Translations under genes and position numbers: made by a program
The notes under the pieces: model-generated
What the model saw: the letters and a program-made list of their open reading frames with translations, nothing else
Database searches by the model: none
Told to the model about the DNA's origin: nothing
In this document: positions 1 to 12,290 of the stretch, one piece after another
Layout: every line of letters begins with the position of its first letter
Position numbering within the stretch: position 1 is the stretch's first letter
IMG/VR virus record: IMGVR_UViG_3300013383_000001
Coordinates: 102,365 to 166,364 of that record
DNA from: a virus
Taxonomy: Duplodnaviria > Caudoviricetes
Reading direction: 5' to 3' (one strand)
DNA length: 64,000 bases

Positions 1-1695
1 CATTCATAGATTGTAAATTTCACTAAAGTAAAAACACATGATTTTACTAAATTACCTGATATGTTGGTATCTTCTTATGCTACAGAAATCACAGATAGAA
101 AAGGTTTTTATAAATTATCTATTTCTAATTTTTTACATATATTAGAGCAAGTAAGTCCAGAGGATTATAGACAATTTGTAGACCAAGAAGGTAAGCGACT
201 TCCTCTATCTAAGATAATGAAAAAAGAAGGATCAGAAGAACAAAAGGACTCTGCTAGAAAACTCATATTAGATTTATTTAATAAAATTCCTTTAACCCAG
301 TTTATATGCAAGGGGATTTCTGTAACAGATAGTACTATAACAATACGAACCTCTGTTGGGACATTGTCTAATACATCTAGCTTTGAAGGGACTTACAATA
401 CTATAAATCAATTAGTAAAATTTCAATCGGTTTACAAAGGATTTCAAATTTATGCTAGAAATAATGATGGAGTAATTGATTATTTTTATGCAAATCAACA
501 AGGATTGTCCCCAAAAATGAGAGTAAATAAATATTATAGCACAATTGAGGAATGTTTTAAAGCTGTAGATAGTATTGTGGAAACAGATACATTTAAAAAT
601 AGCTGGCATCCTGAGTTTAGATCTCTCAATACTAATTATTTAATTACTAAATTTGAATCTAAAGAAACATTATATCCGGGACATATTATAAAGATATTAA
701 ATATTCCTATAAATACTAGAGTGTTAGATAGTCGTTTTTCAACGATAATACGTGGGAATTATACTCTCGCAAATTTCATATAGTTATTTGGCACGGATTC
801 TACTAAAGTTTCCAAGACAATAGATAGTATAGAATCTGCTGCTATACTTGCATATTTATTATCTGAAAAAACTCCTGAAGATTAGAGTAAATATACTCTA
901 GATGAAGCACTTGATATAATAAGTAAAGCAAAATCAGAGAATAATTACAAAACCTATTTTGTAACGGATTTTGATAAAGAAAAAGGATATAATTCAATAT
1001 ATGTTTTTGACATGGAAGGAGATGTTGAAGAAGAAGTTGGAGAAAAAAAGCCAGAACCAATAATAAGACAATTACAATCTTTAGCAGATTGGTTTGAAGA
1101 GAAATTTGGAGTACCTACAGAGGTAGTAACAAATTCAGAATTTAATAGCTATTCCCCAGAAGGTGCAGAACGAGCAATATATAGAGATGGAAAAGTTATT
1201 TTAAATGGTTAGACTGCATCTACTAATTCTCAGTTATTTGAATATTCTGTATTGATTTTACAAGCAATAAAATCATAGTATAAAGGATTGTATGATTATA
1301 TACGATAGACTGCAGAAAATATGGATTGGTTTCCTCGAACTTTATTGAACTAGATGGATAGAATAAAATCTGACCAAAATACTGATCCAGATGTTATTCG
1401 AGAAACTGCTATAGATGCTATTCTTGCTTAGTAGTTGAAAAAAATGTTTAAACAAACAACTCGTGAAAAAATATTTGATGGCTAGGTTGAGAAATAGGTT
1501 GAAGAAGTGGTACGAACTATTGTAGATGATGGAAAAACTGACATTGGATAGTTGTATAAAAGAACTTTAGCTAATTTGTTTCAAAATATATTCTCGTATA
1601 AAAAAGAAGGTGCAGGATTACTTCCTTCAACTTTAAAAATAACTGATGTAGCAGAAGAAGATATTAATAAAAAATTTAATTAGAATTGTGGATAA
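1..1695 (+). CDS. Large virion-associated protein, C-terminal part (5' truncated by the window), TAG recoded
   Basis: Frame 1 is open from base 1 to TAA at 1693-1695 apart from about 13 in-frame TAGs. Track ORFs 61..783 and 1012..1212 are fragments of it. Confidence 0.8.
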
Positions 1696-1697
1696 AT

Positions 1698-4600
1698 ATG
1701 AGTGGTGAAAGTTGTTCAATAAATGTAGGAACTCGTACCTTTAATTCATTTCAATTAAGAAATTTAGTCTATTCTACAGATATTTCAGATCCGTTTGCAG
1801 TAATACATGGATTATAGGATTAGGAATTTTATCCTTAGTATGAAACTACATTAAAGTTGTTTGAATTGTAGAAGCAAGGCAGAGAGTTAAGAAAGAAAAT
1901 TAATACTTCTTTTAATACAGGTAATCTTGAGTTAGAATTAGAAGAATCTGCAGATCAAGATATTATTACTATCTAGCAATTAATGCTTAGCGATATATTT
2001 GATGAAGTAAGCTCTGGAAGTAGATTTAATTTGGAAGAATATAAAGCACACACGATTCAACAACTTCAAAATACAGAAGGACTTACTGAAGAGCAAGCAA
2101 GAAAAAAAGTAGAAATATTGATTGATAATTGGATGCAAATTGCAAAAGATTCAGCAGCACTCCACAAAGCAATACAATTATATAATGAAGATGAGACCAA
2201 GTTTGAAGAACTTTGTATGTAGGATGAAGACATAAAACCATATAAATTACTTCTTTCTTAGTTACATGCATCTATAACTAATAGTTTGAATACCTTTATT
2301 TAGAAGGGTATTTTGATGAAGGGATGTAGAATTGTAAATGGTCTCAATTTGGTTAGCGAAATGAAAGATTTGGATAAGAAATTATTCGGACACATTGACA
2401 AAATTATAATTGATAAATACAATGATGTATATATCATTAATTACAAATTCACAGAAGGAGGATTTAAATTATCTACAACAAAATTGGAAAACTGTAGATA
2501 TCAAATGGCTTTATTGACAGAAATGCTTGCAAAAAAAGGGATAAATGTTAGAAATATAAAGTCGTATGTAATTCCTGTTAAGTTAACATATAGCACTCAA
2601 GATGATTCTTTGTAGAATCTTAAAAAAGTATCGGTTGATTCTCCTTTTAATTTATCTATTTCTAACAATAGAAATAGATCTACAAAACATTTAAATACTG
2701 CGCGACATTTTATTGACGCTCCGATTTAGATTAAAACAAGTATGTAGGATGTTAATGCTGTAAAAAAATAGATAGATTGCTTGTTTAGTTCTACTGATAT
2801 AGCAGCTGATGGTGTAACAGTAATTCCAAAAGCATGGATAGCTAGAAATCGATCAAAAATTAAAGTAAGTAATTCCCCTGAATATGCATACGAAGTTAAT
2901 TTTGGAGAAAATGATACTGCATATATAAAAAGCTCTGCTCCTCCCTCAAATAATTAGGAAATATTTGAAGAAATAATAAAAAGACAAAATGATTTATTAG
3001 AAGATGACGATTCAGTAGTAAGAACACTTGTTAAAAATGTAAGAGCAGGAATCAATGGAGAAATGTTTAATTTATGTGAATCTGGAATGTTTGGTAAAGC
3101 AGGTTACTTCTTAAATAATTTATTTGGTCAATACTTTAAAAAAGACAAAGATGCTCCTCAAGAATATGAATTTATTAGAAATGATGTTCTAAATTCTTGT
3201 AATATTATATTAATCAAAAAAATAGGTAAAAATGGTATGCCTGATCAAATAGATGTGTTTAGGATAAGTGGATTTGACTTAGATCAAAAAGTCAATCTAA
3301 AAAGAACATCACAACATATATTTGGAGATATATTAAGTTAGCTTGATTCAAAAGTTAAAGAATCAATCAAATATAAACCTACATACGGCAATATAGAAGC
3401 ACTTGTAACAATGCTTTTATTAAATCAAGTACTTCCTAAAATATCTGGAGATTTCACATTAGGATCAGTCAATGTTGTTTCTACTAATTACACAGGACAA
3501 TATATTCCTTATTCTGCTAGACAATTAAATACTGAACTATTTTCTACAGCAACAGAAGTATTAAATGATTTTTCAGAATTAACTGTTAATAACAATTTCA
3601 GTAATTAGAAATTTGTAGATCCTATTGATTTAGTTGTTGAATAGTTTAGAAATATTATTTCAGATCCTGGAGTATATAATTCTGAAGTTGATAAATACGA
3701 AGACATGGGGTTTGATGATTTATTAACAGTAAACAGTAAAGAAGCTAAGTTAACTCTTCTTAGATCTCTTGCTAAAAAATTAGTTGAAGATAAAAATTGG
3801 TTAGAGAATTTTGAAGCAGTAAGAAGATCTAAAAATGGATCAAGGTGGAATATACTATACAGAAGAATACTAGAAGCGATAGCTTATTATGATGTTGGAG
3901 AAGTAAGTTCTGTGGAAGAAAAAATGTCTTTTGCAGATTCTAAAGGAATGATTTCTAGTAGAATTAGAAATAAAAATGTTCAATTAGTAACTGAATTATA
4001 TACTAGAACTATCAATGAAATATCTGAAAAAGTGCATATTAAATGGGAGCCTATTAGACAAGTATTCTTCTAGTTCTATAAAGATATGGGATATTCTACT
4101 ACGAGGAATGCTGTAATAGGTGACTTAGTTAGAATATTTGATGATCTATATGCTCAAGACGAAAGAGGAGAAAGAACTCTTAGACTTTTAAACCCATACG
4201 ATAATGCAGATATGGCTCAAATTAAAGATAAAAGAGAAATTAAACGTAAATTTCTCAAAAGAGTATTATTTGAGTTCGCAAAGGTAAGATACCCTCAAAA
4301 AGGAATTGCGTTTAACTTTAAGAATGAGAATGATCCCGATCTTCAAGAGTTTATCAATAGACATAGACAGGATTATTTCAATATACCACTCACAAGAGCA
4401 AGTAAAAGTACTCGTAATGTAAAGATGAGTGTTAAAGAGAAATGGAAAGATACAGCTCGCCTTGCAGTTAAAATTATCAAACATCCTAAAGCAGCTTTTG
4501 AAGAACTTTATAATGATGTTGCTAATCCTGATGAAAGAAATTACTATGAAGATGCAGGTATAGGTAGTTTACAAGTTCGCAATAAATTCTGGAAAGGAGA

Positions 4601-6323
4601 TGATCTTGATGAAAGAGATAATTACATTGCTCAACAAGGTGTTAATTACTTTGAAACTAATCTTGAATCATTACTTATTGACTATATAGAAAAAGATATT
4701 CAAACTAAAGGATATTAGAAAGCACTTCTTACAATTAAAGGTGTAATTCTTTAGTTGGATTTATTAAAAGGAAGTCCTAATCTTAAAGCAATTGCAGAAC
4801 AAACTATTAAAGAGATAGAAGACTACGTTAAAGTCAATGTGTTTAATACGTCTATTATGTCTAAGTTGTCTCAATAGATTATGGCAATATTAGCTATTCC
4901 TAAACGTATTGTATCTGATACATTAATTGGAGGCCATGTAGTAGGAGGTGTCCGAGATGTTTTTCAAGGTACTTGGGAGAATATGTTGCGAGTGATTGTT
5001 AAGTTTGATACTAAGCTATCAGCTAAATCTTTAAATAAAGCATACGTTGAAGTAACTAAGAATGTATTTAAAAATGCTAGATCTATCAACATAATTAATC
5101 AATTATGTTAGATATATCGTATTTCTAATGTGGATGTTGCTCGTATATCAGAAGGTTTGAAAACCGATAGAGGTATGGCTAATTTCAAGACTTGGTTATA
5201 TGCTTCTCTTCGTAGACCTGACTTCCTTAATCGTATGGTAATGTTTGTAGCGCATTGTATGGAAGATGGTGTGTATGATGCTTTTGATATCAAAGATGGT
5301 AGATTAGTATATGATTGGAAAAAGGATAAACGATTCAGCATCTTTGCAGCAGGTAAAACAAGCGATCCAAAATATAAAGAATAGATGGGTGCATATTATA
5401 ATGCAGTAAGAGCATATAATGCAGATCACCCTGATGCTACCATTGGATTTAACCCCTTTGAAGAAGGAGCTACACCACTTCCTATGCCGTATTCTTTTAA
5501 TGATGTTGAGAATATTAAAAAGGTTGCAAATAATATATACGGTTCATACGATAGAAGTACTCGGCAAGGAATTGAGAATATATTTATAGGACAGACATTT
5601 GGAATGTTTGCTACTTGGATGAATGGTATATATGCCAACTGGTTTACAAAGCCTGGAACTTACTCTACTGGTTAGTTTGAAATGCAACAAGCTAAAGATG
5701 ATCAGGGTAACTTATTATACTTTGATATAATGGGTAATGTGATTGTTCAAAGAGTAGACACAGATGGTAATGTAAAATATTACTATGATGGAACAGACAC
5801 AGAAGTAACAGAAGGATTGGATAAAATAGTCCCTGTTATGGATAAAGTACCTATTCCAATACAAGGTATCTTCTATACTCTTAAAGAATGTGGTAAAGCC
5901 TTAAAGAATGGAGACTTTAAAGAAGAGATATGGTAGAATGATGTTAATAAAGCTAATCTTAAACGATTAATGGCAGAGCTATTAGCTTGGTTAATATTTG
6001 GAACTATTTATAAGTGTGTTCTCACTCCTGGATTTAAAGAATTTAAGAAAGGAATGAAGGAGCGAGATATACTTACAAATGCAATTACAGAGCTTATTTA
6101 TAAATCATCATCTTCATCATATGATAGTTTTAAAGGATTATATAATATAATAGATTTTGTTGGAAATGCTGATGGAACACCTATTTATAAATAGAATAAT
6201 AGACTACTTATGGATTTAGGTAAAGTTGCTTTAGGAGATAAAGGATTCTTCGATGCTTTTAAAGGTAACATAGCCATATTTAAAAATTTCCAATATTCTA
6301 TATCAGCAGAAATGAAAAAATAA
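1698..6323 (+). CDS. ~1541-aa large virion/cargo-type protein with a degenerate PD-(D/E)XK-like segment, TAG recoded
   Basis: ATG at 1698 lies just after the previous TAA. All frame-3 track fragments (1983..6194) end in TAG and join up to TAA at 6321-6323. Motif GHIDKIIIDKYNDVYIINYK...YQMAL. Confidence 0.8.
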
Positions 6324-7933
6324 TGGGAATACTAGACACTTTAACTGAACATTTAAAGAAACTGAATGGAACTCCTTCTGGTAAACCTTCAAACTTAATA
6401 AGTGAAATTATTTAGGTGGGGGGGGTGAATTTAGTTAAACAACAATTTTCCCCAATGGTAGAAACCTTTTCAAATATGTTTCCATCTTTTACAAATTCGG
6501 GTGAATATACTGTTAAATCTGGAGATAATCTTTGGAATATTGCTAAGAGTCATGGGATAAGTTTAAAAAAATTAAGAGAACTTAATCCACAATAGAAAGG
6601 AGATACTATACATGTTGGAGATAAATTGAAAGTGAAAGATGGGAATAGTTCTAAAGGAATGCATGCAGTAGATATAGTGGAAGAAGAGCAGAGAGAAAAA
6701 GAATATAATAAATCCAATGCTACTGCTATATTTAATTTTAAGCATAATGGATCATTTATAGTTGTAGACAAAGCTAATACTAGATTAACAGTATATGATA
6801 AAAATAACAATCCATTATTTACTACTACAAATATTGCATCTGGAGCTTCTGGGAATGACTACAATACTATAACATATACTGATGATTCTGGAGATCTTAA
6901 GGATATGATGGGTAATAATTCTACTCCCGCCGGAATAACATATATTGGAAGTATATCTGATTATCATGGTCGTCCTTCTTTTACCAGACAGAGACAAAAT
7001 AGAGATGGGTCTCGTGAAGATATTGCTTCTTCTATGCATTATAGTAGTAATACTAGTAAAGCACATATAAGTAATGGATGTATAAGAGTTGGAGGAGACG
7101 ATATGAAGAAAATTGCGAAATACGTAACCGAAGGTACTCCAATTTATGTACTTCCTGAAAAACCTGGATCTAGATTTGTATTACGAGCAGGAAAACTAAA
7201 TTATATTGCAAATAATCCATACGGAGTTGATACTGGTGAGAAGAAGTTATGGGATGATTATAATGTATATATAGATAAATCATATAATCCTATAACTATT
7301 GAACTAAAAAATAGAACACTAGACCCAACTTATAATCACAATGCTACTGTATTTGCAGAAACAATTTCTAGAAATAAATATCAAGTTTAGAAATAGTTTA
7401 ATTTGAGTAATTATGAATACAATAAATTGGCACAACTTGCAATGGGTATTGCTGATCAAGAGTCAAAATTTGGTACTTCTACAAAATATAAGATGAAAAA
7501 TGGAACATCTATGAATTAGGATCTGATAGCTGTAAAACACTTCTTTGTAGATCATCTTATAAAAGGTAAACCTCTTGTTTCAAATAGTAAAGGAATTACT
7601 CAAATTAAATATGGAGATGATATAAAAAACAAGGAGCTACAAAATTTATATAATTAGTTTGGAATACACAGAGGAGATGATTTAGATAGTATTGAAAATA
7701 GTGCAAAAGCCACTATGATTAGACTTGCTTTTATTTATAATTCAGAAATAAAAGGAAGAAATTTTACAGGAGCAGGAAATAAACCTATTTCTCCTTGGGA
7801 TGCACTACTGTATATATATAATGGAACTAAGTATAACTTAACTAATAAGTCTGCAACCCCTGAAGTAAATAAGTATATTAAAAATATAAATCGTTACGCT
7901 AATAATTTCAAATATACAGAATATAGATATTGA
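6323..7933 (+). CDS. 536-aa peptidoglycan-acting protein: LysM + YkuD L,D-transpeptidase + SLT/lysozyme-like domain, TAG recoded
   Basis: TAATG overlap start, 6 in-frame TAGs, TGA stop. LysM: YTVKSGDNLWNIAKSHGISLKKLRELNP. YkuD: IVVDK...TPAG...SMH...SNGCIR. SLT-like: QESKFG...SKGITQI...YNG. Confidence 0.8.
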
Positions 7934-7981
7934 AAAAAATAAGGGAGAACCCTAGGTAATTAAACCTAAGATTCTCCCTTT
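7934..7981. terminator. Intrinsic terminator between the convergent blocks
   Basis: AAGGGAGAA...TTCTCCCTT stem flanked by an A-tract and Ts. Confidence 0.7.
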
Positions 7982-8075
7982 AACTATTTTTAATGTATGG
8001 AAAATGCACTACAAAGACATTCGATGTTCTACTAGTGCCAAAATTAGGCACTGTTAGTGTATCTGTATAAAACTT

Positions 8076-8140
8076 AAAAAAAAATAAAAATAAGGAAGCA
8101 TAGATTCATATAGAATCTACACTTCCCTTTAGTTTTTTAT
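8076..8140. terminator. Second hairpin terminator, probably bidirectional
   Basis: GGAAG-TAGATTC/GAATCTA-CTTCC stem with an A-tract before and a T-tract after. Confidence 0.55.
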
Positions 8141-8166
8141 TTAAATGTAAGTTAATGTTATTAACT

Positions 8167-8634
8167 TCATTTGGTTATTCTTACTTTCTTACATGCTGCA
8201 GTTACTCCTTTGAGCGGAACTATCAACTTTGTTACTTCACCATTTCCATAATATATACACATAGTATTATTTTTTTTCAGAAGATTTAATAAAGTCCTGT
8301 CATAATCATCGAAAACTATTCTTAGATAAGAACCGTCCTTGTCTTTAATACTTACAACTTTAAAATCATCAAGAGATTGAAGTTCAGTTGAATCATCAAA
8401 ACTTATAATACAAGTCATATAGTATGTTGTTTCTTTTTTAGGTATGCATGCACCATAAGGACTAATATTTGTAAGAATAATAAGTTGATTATTTTTAAGA
8501 TTGTACATAGTTACAAAATTAGAATAGTAATCTGTATAAGAAACACAGTTACCTCCTTCATATCTCCAATATGCCGCACTTATAGAACTAACACTACATA
8601 CAAACGCAATAAATATAAATATAAGTTTCTTCAT
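8167..8634 (-). CDS. Exported hypothetical protein with signal peptide
   Basis: MKKLIFIFIAFVCSVSSISA signal peptide. Start moved to ATG 8634. Confidence 0.7.
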   Translation of the reverse strand: MKKLIFIFIAFVCSVSSISAAYWRYEGGNCVSYTDYYSNFVTMYNLKNNQLIILTNISPYGACIPKKETTYYMTCIISFDDSTELQSLDDFKVVSIKDKDGSYLRIVFDDYDRTLLNLLKKNNTMCIYYGNGEVTKLIVPLKGVTAACKKVRITK

Positions 8635-8635
8635 A

Positions 8636-9379
8636 TTAAATATAGTAATTATATTGTTCTTCTTTATCTTCATTTTGTTTAACTAATTTCTCAATTAGCT
8701 TTTGACTCTCTTTAAGTTGATCTTGTAAAGATGCACATACTTTCTGAAGTTCTTTAATGTCTTCAGAATTTTGAGTGATTCTTTCTTCATGATTCGCAAT
8801 AGCCCAAATTACTGCTTGACCAAGATCATTGAGGTGATATAACTTAGTATCTGTTTTACAACCTGTTTCAAAATCCCTTAACTCATTCTCAATAACGGAT
8901 AAATAATTCTTTCTAATTAACTCATTATTACATTTGCGAATTGTAGATTCAGGCATATTTATATGTTTAGCAAGTTCTACATTTGGTAAAGAAAGTTTTC
9001 CATATCCTTCTACATCTTTATACATGTACTGTTGAGCAGCAACTAAATATGACTTTGTAGTAAATGATACATCATCTTTATTTATAAATTCTGGACTAAA
9101 TGGTTCAAATTTCTTATATTCATTAAAAATATATTCTTTACCTCTACCTTTAGTTTTAATCTCTATGTATCCATTCTTTTCTAGTTCCTTAAGACTATTC
9201 TGTATAGTAGGAATACTTGCACCAGATCGTTGGCTTATCTTGGTTAAAGACGGAAAACATCCATCCTTACCATCAAATGATTTCAATACTGCATAAATAA
9301 GTTGATCCCTTGGTTTTAAATCAGTTTCTCCCATACCATTTGGAACTTGATAATGTTGTTTACTTTCTATATTTTCCAT
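8636..9379 (-). CDS. Double winged-HTH, replication-initiator-like protein (paralog of 30834..31535)
   Basis: CFPSLTKISQRSGASIPTIQNSLKELEKNGYI HTH, second HTH ELAKHINMPESTIRKC, C-terminal coiled coil. Confidence 0.7.
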   Translation of the reverse strand: MENIESKQHYQVPNGMGETDLKPRDQLIYAVLKSFDGKDGCFPSLTKISQRSGASIPTIQNSLKELEKNGYIEIKTKGRGKEYIFNEYKKFEPFSPEFINKDDVSFTTKSYLVAAQQYMYKDVEGYGKLSLPNVELAKHINMPESTIRKCNNELIRKNYLSVIENELRDFETGCKTDTKLYHLNDLGQAVIWAIANHEERITQNSEDIKELQKVCASLQDQLKESQKLIEKLVKQNEDKEEQYNYYI

Positions 9380-9489
9380 ATATCATCAATTAAAATTAAA
9401 CATCTTCATCTACATAATCTATATGCGATATTACATAAATATTTATAAAGTACAAAAGTTTAGTATGTATAATCTGTTTTTAAAATCTG

Positions 9490-9597
9490 GTGCGAATCAC
9501 TCGCACCATTTTGCATGATCATCGCACCAGATTGTAAGGTCGTCGCACAGGATTGCATATAACTATACTTAAATACTATACTTATAACTATACTTAA
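9490..9597. repeat. Iteron-like direct repeats (3 x ~21 nt, TCGCAC core) plus ACTATACTTA triad
   Basis: TCACTCGCACCATTTTGCA / TCATCGCACCAGATTGTA / TCGTCGCACAGGATTGCA, then ACTATACTTA x3, upstream of the wHTH gene. Confidence 0.7.
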
Positions 9598-9748
9598 ACG
9601 TTCCGTATATTTCATTTCTAAGACACCCATACATCGATTTTCAGACACAAGTTGATGAGTTATGTTACCATGAATTTGAGAATCGATATATGAGCCTCTA
9701 TGAAAATCAACTATCTGTAGATGAAATATTTAACTTTATATAATGATT

Positions 9749-10171
9749 TCAAATCAATTTTCTCTTATCCTTAATCTTAAAAAGTACAATAGGTGCTTCA
9801 TCCATTTTATCTTCTCCAAACCATACTTCATTTCTAAAGTCATATATAATATTCTTATCTTTTGAGTACTTCTCTTTAAGAAGATTAAATTTATTATCAG
9901 CTTCTTCTTTAGTAAGATTATCATACTGTTCTAAATCAGTATCTTTAATAACTGGAGGATTTACTGGACCTCCATTTATCTTAGCAATGACACTATATAC
10001 TTTATTATCATCTACAGTATTACAATCATCAGATATAAATATTATATTACATATATCATCTACATCTTTTGAATGCATTAGAGTATCGAATAAGCTCAAT
10101 AAATCATTAGCTGCAATATAGCGTTCAGATCTATTAAAATATTCTACTTTATAAAGGTTATTTTTAATCAT
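9749..10171 (-). CDS. Hypothetical protein
   Basis: ORF in a tightly packed minus-strand operon. N-terminus resembles 10790..11455. Confidence 0.65.
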   Translation of the reverse strand: MIKNNLYKVEYFNRSERYIAANDLLSLFDTLMHSKDVDDICNIIFISDDCNTVDDNKVYSVIAKINGGPVNPPVIKDTDLEQYDNLTKEEADNKFNLLKEKYSKDKNIIYDFRNEVWFGEDKMDEAPIVLFKIKDKRKLI

Positions 10172-10527
10172 ACAAATTCATGCATTACTTCATCGAGTAC
10201 TTCTCCCATCACATTCAATCTAATACTTACATCAATCATCTCAGGACTATGTTCAAAGTCAGTATCAAATTCATCACATACTTCTCTAATTAGATCCCAG
10301 TTATGGCACAAACATTCTTCTGCTTTCCAAGCATTACACCAATATGAACCAGATATATTACCTGTTACATCATCAGTTTCATAAAATGTGTCATAGAGAT
10401 TTTCTCTGATCTCTTCATAATCATCCTGTGTAATAATTATATCATTCTCGTTGATATAATCTCGTATATCATCCTTTACGGCTTTATAATAATCGTATTT
10501 CATCATTTGATTCCAATAATTTCCCAA
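10168..10527 (-). CDS. Hypothetical protein
   Basis: Operon-packed acidic ORF (DDVTGNISGSYWCN). Confidence 0.65.
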   Translation of the reverse strand: MGNYWNQMMKYDYYKAVKDDIRDYINENDIIITQDDYEEIRENLYDTFYETDDVTGNISGSYWCNAWKAEECLCHNWDLIREVCDEFDTDFEHSPEMIDVSIRLNVMGEVLDEVMHEFV

Positions 10528-10793
10528 TCAACAAGTGTAGAGTTATTACTAAACACAGGAGGATCAGCAATAGTTATTTCACAAATCTCATAACTTCCAG
10601 TATGTCTATTACAAAGAAGAACAACATCTCCCTTTCTCAAGAGAGGTGCTGTTCTATAGTATTCTCCATTTAAATATACTCCATTACCTTTAATGATGAG
10701 TGTACCTAAATTAGTTTCTATTCTTCTAGGCATTATTTTAAAATACCCGATCAAAGCAATAATTATAAATAGTATAATTAGAAGCGGTATCAT
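10503..10793 (-). CDS. Membrane-anchored hypothetical protein
   Basis: N-terminal hydrophobic helix, overlaps its neighbours. Confidence 0.6.
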   Translation of the reverse strand: MIPLLIILFIIIALIGYFKIMPRRIETNLGTLIIKGNGVYLNGEYYRTAPLLRKGDVVLLCNRHTGSYEICEITIADPPVFSNNSTLVDWEIIGIK

Positions 10794-11455
10794 TTTTCTA
10801 CTATTTTATCATATAAATAAACTAAAGCATCTGTAGTAAGTCCGTGAGAATCATATTCTGTAAATATTTTTTCATCATTCTTTACAGTATATCCTTCAAG
10901 GATAATATGATTATACTCATCAAGTTTAACTGATTCTACCCAGAGATCTTGATGATCATAATTAGAAGGATCATGATCATCATAATTGATGAGTGTATCC
11001 TCCATTACAATAGGCTCCTCAAACAGAATCTTACCGTTCTCTTTAATCATATTAAAAATATATGACCAAATGATTCTATAGAATGCTTCTACAGTAGGAC
11101 GAATATTATTTGCTTTCTCAATTAGCTCTTTAATAGTAGACTGTTTTAAATCTACTAATGAAATGCAATCACCAACATAAAATATATCTCGAATATCAGA
11201 TTCGCCTTCTATTGCTTCTTGTGGGGATTTAGCAATTATATATGCAGAAGTATAACCACTATATTCTACATAGTACACCTTAACTATAGTGGAAGTATTT
11301 TTAATAATATAATCTTTAGATACTGTCTTTATAAATTCCATATTACTTCCATCTGTACACAATGAAGAAGCAATACTTTTTATATCGTTTGCAATGTAAA
11401 ATTTCGATTGAGTATCCTTATAAGTAGGATTGTTGTATTTTGCTTTATATAACAT
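10790..11455 (-). CDS. Hypothetical protein
   Basis: 221-aa ORF with ATGA overlap. Confidence 0.65.
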   Translation of the reverse strand: MLYKAKYNNPTYKDTQSKFYIANDIKSIASSLCTDGSNMEFIKTVSKDYIIKNTSTIVKVYYVEYSGYTSAYIIAKSPQEAIEGESDIRDIFYVGDCISLVDLKQSTIKELIEKANNIRPTVEAFYRIIWSYIFNMIKENGKILFEEPIVMEDTLINYDDHDPSNYDHQDLWVESVKLDEYNHIILEGYTVKNDEKIFTEYDSHGLTTDALVYLYDKIVEK

Positions 11456-11459
11456 ATTA

Positions 11460-12290
11460 TCAATAATTAGTAATTAAAACTTCATCTGTAAGGCTTCCTT
11501 TATTAACTGCACTCCATTGACAATAATCATAATTCCTATTCAAATGATGTACATTATATTTCTCACACCATTCTTTAAGAATATCATTAGACTTCTTCTT
11601 ATTTTCTAATACATTACTTAAAGCAAACTTAACACCTTGTTCATTAATATTATCTAGAAACTCTAATAGTTTAACCTCTTTATCTTTATTCCACGGATCG
11701 TTCACATTATAAAATGGATATGTAATCAGATAAGGAGGATCACAATATACAAAATCTCTAGATGTAAGAGAACTTAGATCTATATTATCATACGATGTAG
11801 AACAGAAAGTTATATTCTTAATACTATCCAGAAATATATCTAGATTCTTTTGGATATTAGGATTAAACCAACTTTTATTATTTCCAAAAGATTGATTAAA
11901 CATTCCATTCTTAGCAAATCTAAGTTGATGATTATAACAGAATACTATAAGTACAAATAGATCTAAAGGATTAGGATTCTTATTATAATCATCTCGAAAC
12001 TTTAAGTATGCTTCTTTATCTGTCTTAGATAATCCATACTCTTCTATTCTATTATTTATATGCTTAAATACATCTTCTTTCGACATCTTTTGAAATGTAG
12101 TATATATATCTATAACAGGTTTTTGTATATCATTTGCTATTACTTTACCTGCTTTTACGTTTATAGCAACTGTTGCTCCACCTGTAAATAAATCTACAAA
12201 ATATCTAATATACGAAGGAAACAAAGGTAAAATTTGTGGGAGGAGTGTAAACTTTCCTCCCACGTAATTTAATGGACTTCTTTTATACAT
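11460..12290 (-). CDS. dam: Orphan N6-adenine DNA methyltransferase (Dam/D12 class)
   Basis: YVGGK, DLFTGG, ND and DPPY motifs, C-terminal EVLITNY. Confidence 0.9.
   Translation of the reverse strand: MYKRSPLNYVGGKFTLLPQILPLFPSYIRYFVDLFTGGATVAINVKAGKVIANDIQKPVIDIYTTFQKMSKEDVFKHINNRIEEYGLSKTDKEAYLKFRDDYNKNPNPLDLFVLIVFCYNHQLRFAKNGMFNQSFGNNKSWFNPNIQKNLDIFLDSIKNITFCSTSYDNIDLSSLTSRDFVYCDPPYLITYPFYNVNDPWNKDKEVKLLEFLDNINEQGVKFALSNVLENKKKSNDILKEWCEKYNVHHLNRNYDYCQWSAVNKGSLTDEVLITNY

Noticed and set aside
1-7933. Pseudogenised or fragmented plus-strand genes
   Set aside because: All internal stops are TAG in a single frame per gene, with no frameshifts and no internal TAA/TGA, which indicates recoding rather than decay.
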